Of a DNA stretch of 64,000 bases, positions 61,236-64,000 are shown piece by piece. The stretch is from Nemertoderma westbladi (Eukaryota > Animalia > Xenacoelomorpha). The stretch covers positions 62,001 to 126,000 of the forward strand of contig JAUCBJ010004537.1 in assembly GCA_032718475.1 (NCBI GenBank). The letters run 5' to 3'. Each line of letters starts with the position of its first letter. The stretch's first letter is position 1. A program made the position numbers and the translations under genes. The notes beneath the pieces are model-generated. The model saw only the letters and a list, made by a program, of their open reading frames with translations, had not been told where the DNA came from and made no database searches.

Positions 61236-63134
61236 CACAACGCTGTCTGGAACGCGGAAACGATTATGTTCAACTTTGACTACATCAAATTCTTAATAAC
61301 AGAGAATTACACTACAGACACTTATTATGTATTACAAATTAGAGCAATAATTTTATTTGTCAACTAACAATTGTTATATTTCGTAAGAAACATCTGGCGG
61401 CATTAAATGTGGTCGGCTCGTGTTGGCCTCTTATTGAGTTTATTGATTTGGTAGGGAGAAGTCGTTGACCTGTAGCTGTTAATCGGATCCGTTAAGGGGT
61501 TGCAGGGTGATACTTGGGTGGGTGTTTACCGTTTAGGGGGTTATAGTTAGTTTAGAGGGAGTTAGTTGGGGATTTTGGTTTAGGAGATTGTTGGGGCAGT
61601 TGTTTTAGCGTTTAGGGATTTAGATTTTACTTTTTGGTTTTTAGTTTAGGTTTTTGTTGGTGGTTTTACGGAATTAGCTTGGGGAGTTGGTTGTAGGGAG
61701 TTCTCTATGTAGTTGCTTCAATATTTACTACACATTATTATACTGTGTAGTATTTAATACACACATATTATACTACACAGTATGTAATATGGGCTGAGTT
61801 CCCGTCAATAAACAAATGTAATATTTGTTTGGGGAGATGGTTTGGTGTTGGTTAGGCAGTTACATGTGGGAGTTTCTATAGAAAAATGTTTTATTATGGC
61901 GAGGAGTCGGATTGTGTTTACTTTAAGGATTTATCTTTGAGTATTTATGGAGTTTAAAGTTGGTTGTAGAGAGTTGATTCGACGGTGAGTCGATTCAAGA
62001 AGTTTTTACAGTCAAATGAATCAAAATTAAAAATAAAGAATTTAGTTAATAACCTATATGTATTATATCCAATATCTCATACCGTAATCACCTATTATTC
62101 TTTGTATTCCCTCCAAGATTTATAATAGTAAACAATAGAGCGCATACTGTATGAGGTCTTAAACGCAGTAAACACACTGCTATACGCGAGAACCCATATG
62201 TCGTTATCAGCCTGTGAGTCATAGCTAAGGGAGACTACCACACAACAGCTTCAACTAATCAATAGTCAAGCCGGAATGGAATTGCATTTGCATTCTTCCT
62301 ATATAAATACAGTCAGGACTGGAATCCCTTTATTACTAAAATAAAATAACAGCTTTCGCCAAATGGGGTTCTGATGCCATTAAAATAATTGAAATGAAAT
62401 TATTAATCTGTGATTGATAGCCTACTATGTATTGCATTTTACTCTGTATTTTCGAACAAATTTAAGGCTTAATTAGCTTTAGTAACTTTCAAATTACCAA
62501 TATATTTATTTATGCTTACCTTTATTCTCCCTACCAAGAAATGGCAATGTTATTTTTCTAGATTGACAATGTTTGTAGATAGGCAACCAATAAAGTTCAA
62601 CGTTAGGTTTTTTTGGAAAGTATTTTCTACAATATTTATCTTTTAAATTTATTGGTGAATGAAATTTATTTTATTGTTGGCATTATTTTTATTTATAGTT
62701 AAATTAAAATAATTGATCTCAGATGGGCGGTATTAAATAAATTACTGAAATTAAATTGTAAAATAGTTCGCTAATTTTCACTAAAACAATATTTATAATA
62801 ACTAGGTACATTTGTGAAAAAGCCCTCGTTAGGTGACAAAACATTTTTAAATAAATCATAATCACAGATACAAAATATGATATAAAAAGGGTAATTTTTG
62901 AAAGTTATTGTTATATTAATTTTGCTAGGTCGAAAAAATTTTCTATTTTTGCTTATACATACCACAGTAATGCCATGCCATAAGACCCTAATAATTATAT
63001 ATTAATAAAGTTAGTACGATGGAATAATTACTAATTACTAACTTAACAAATTAAAAATGTTGATATATATACTTAATCATTATACTTAAAACCATTAACA
63101 AACTGAAATAGTAGTCGGTCATAACAATAAACTA

Positions 63135-63575
63135 ATGACGTCACCGCAAACATCATGGACTAAAGTATCGCGAAACGACCGGCGTTCTAGTTGCCGGATC
63201 CACCATTACAGCGAGAGCGACCGCGGAACCACGCCGGAACCGCAATCCTTCGCTAATGTCGCGTCCTCCTTCGAGAACGTGTCAAACGCCGGCGTGAGAA
63301 TGAAGAAACCCCGGGCCGGTAGCGTGTCGACCGGAGGAGGTCCCAACCGGACCGAGGAAGTAAACCCAAACTTCCTGAATCTTCGGGACTTTGTTACCAT
63401 CAACGTCGGCGGATACATTTACTCAACTACCAACGGGACTCTAATGTCTCGCGATAGCAGACTCAAGAGGAACTTCGCACATTGGAGAAGGGACAAGGAA
63501 GGTGTTATTATGATTGACAGAAACGGAGAACATTTTGGTGTTGTTCTAGACTACCTTAGAAATGGAGTTACTCAG
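63135..63575 (+). CDS. KCTD-family (T1-type BTB/POZ) protein, first coding exon
   Basis: VTINVGG.IYSTT..TL, IDRNGEHF..VLDYLRNG. Donor CAG|GTAACG at 63576. The gene probably continues beyond the window. Confidence 0.85.
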
Positions 63576-63699
63576 GTAACGAATGGCAATTGGCAATATC
63601 ATTTTAGTGAATGAAATCTAAGCAAATCAGATTTGTGTCTCCATGTGTCCTTTGTGTTGCGATATTCGGAGTTTAATATTACTGCCAATACTACATAAT

Positions 63700-64000
63700 A
63701 CTTCTACTACTAAGTCGAGCGAACTCGGACAGTGGAAATGAGATCCCTCCAGGCCCCCCGACTCTCCATAGTTGTCGCAATTTCGTTTCTCCCAAGTTCA
63801 GTATCCCTTTCAAGTTGATCTATATATGTTATGGCCGGTCGTCCATGACTACGCTTTCCATGAGTTGGTTGCCAGAAAAGTAGATCTGGTATGACCTCGT
63901 CTTTACTTCTCCAGCAGTGCCCTCTGAATCTTAATCTGCGTTCACGGAGGGTGGTTGATACAGGTGGTATTGTACCATAAAGCTCGGCGTTTGTTATGTG
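63700..64000 (-). mobile_element. 3' end of a second RTE-clade LINE family, in the KCTD intron
   Basis: Minus strand reads HITNAELYGTIPPVSTTLRERRLRFRGHCWRSKDE...WQPTHGKRSHGRP..TYIDQL..DT...RST, then TAG TAG TAG. Confidence 0.85.

Noticed and set aside
63576-63614. End of the 159-aa KCTD ORF as the true C-terminus
   Set aside because: The BTB domain is incomplete and a CAG|GTAACG donor precedes this stretch, so it is probably intron.

Overview
AT-rich, repeat-dense animal (invertebrate-like) nuclear DNA with spliceosomal introns; most entries in the ORF track are spurious. Host genes supported by the sequence: (1) a two-exon C2H2 zinc-finger gene (3734-4625 joined in phase to 15588-16249) whose ~11 kb intron holds a full-length decayed Penelope retroelement with an inverted partial copy, a 103/106-bp satellite with a 1463-bp higher-order duplication, a decayed Kolobok-type (Mutator-like domain) transposon and a nested CMC/Chapaev-like fragment; (2) an intronless 466-aa ORF I do not recognise, possibly three PH-like repeats; (3) RNASEK; (4) SOWAH; (5) a 7-exon, 330-aa gene (58488-61235) missed by the ORF track; (6) the first exon of a KCTD/BTB gene. 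The rest is nested MITEs (Tc1/mariner-, P-, Academ-, Kolobok- and Harbinger-like), RTE, CRE and CR1 LINE fragments, a Nin-domain SINE, a 37-bp octamer-bearing minisatellite, and many short TA-x-TA motifs that look like transposon excision footprints. Family assignments come from motif recognition, not database searches.
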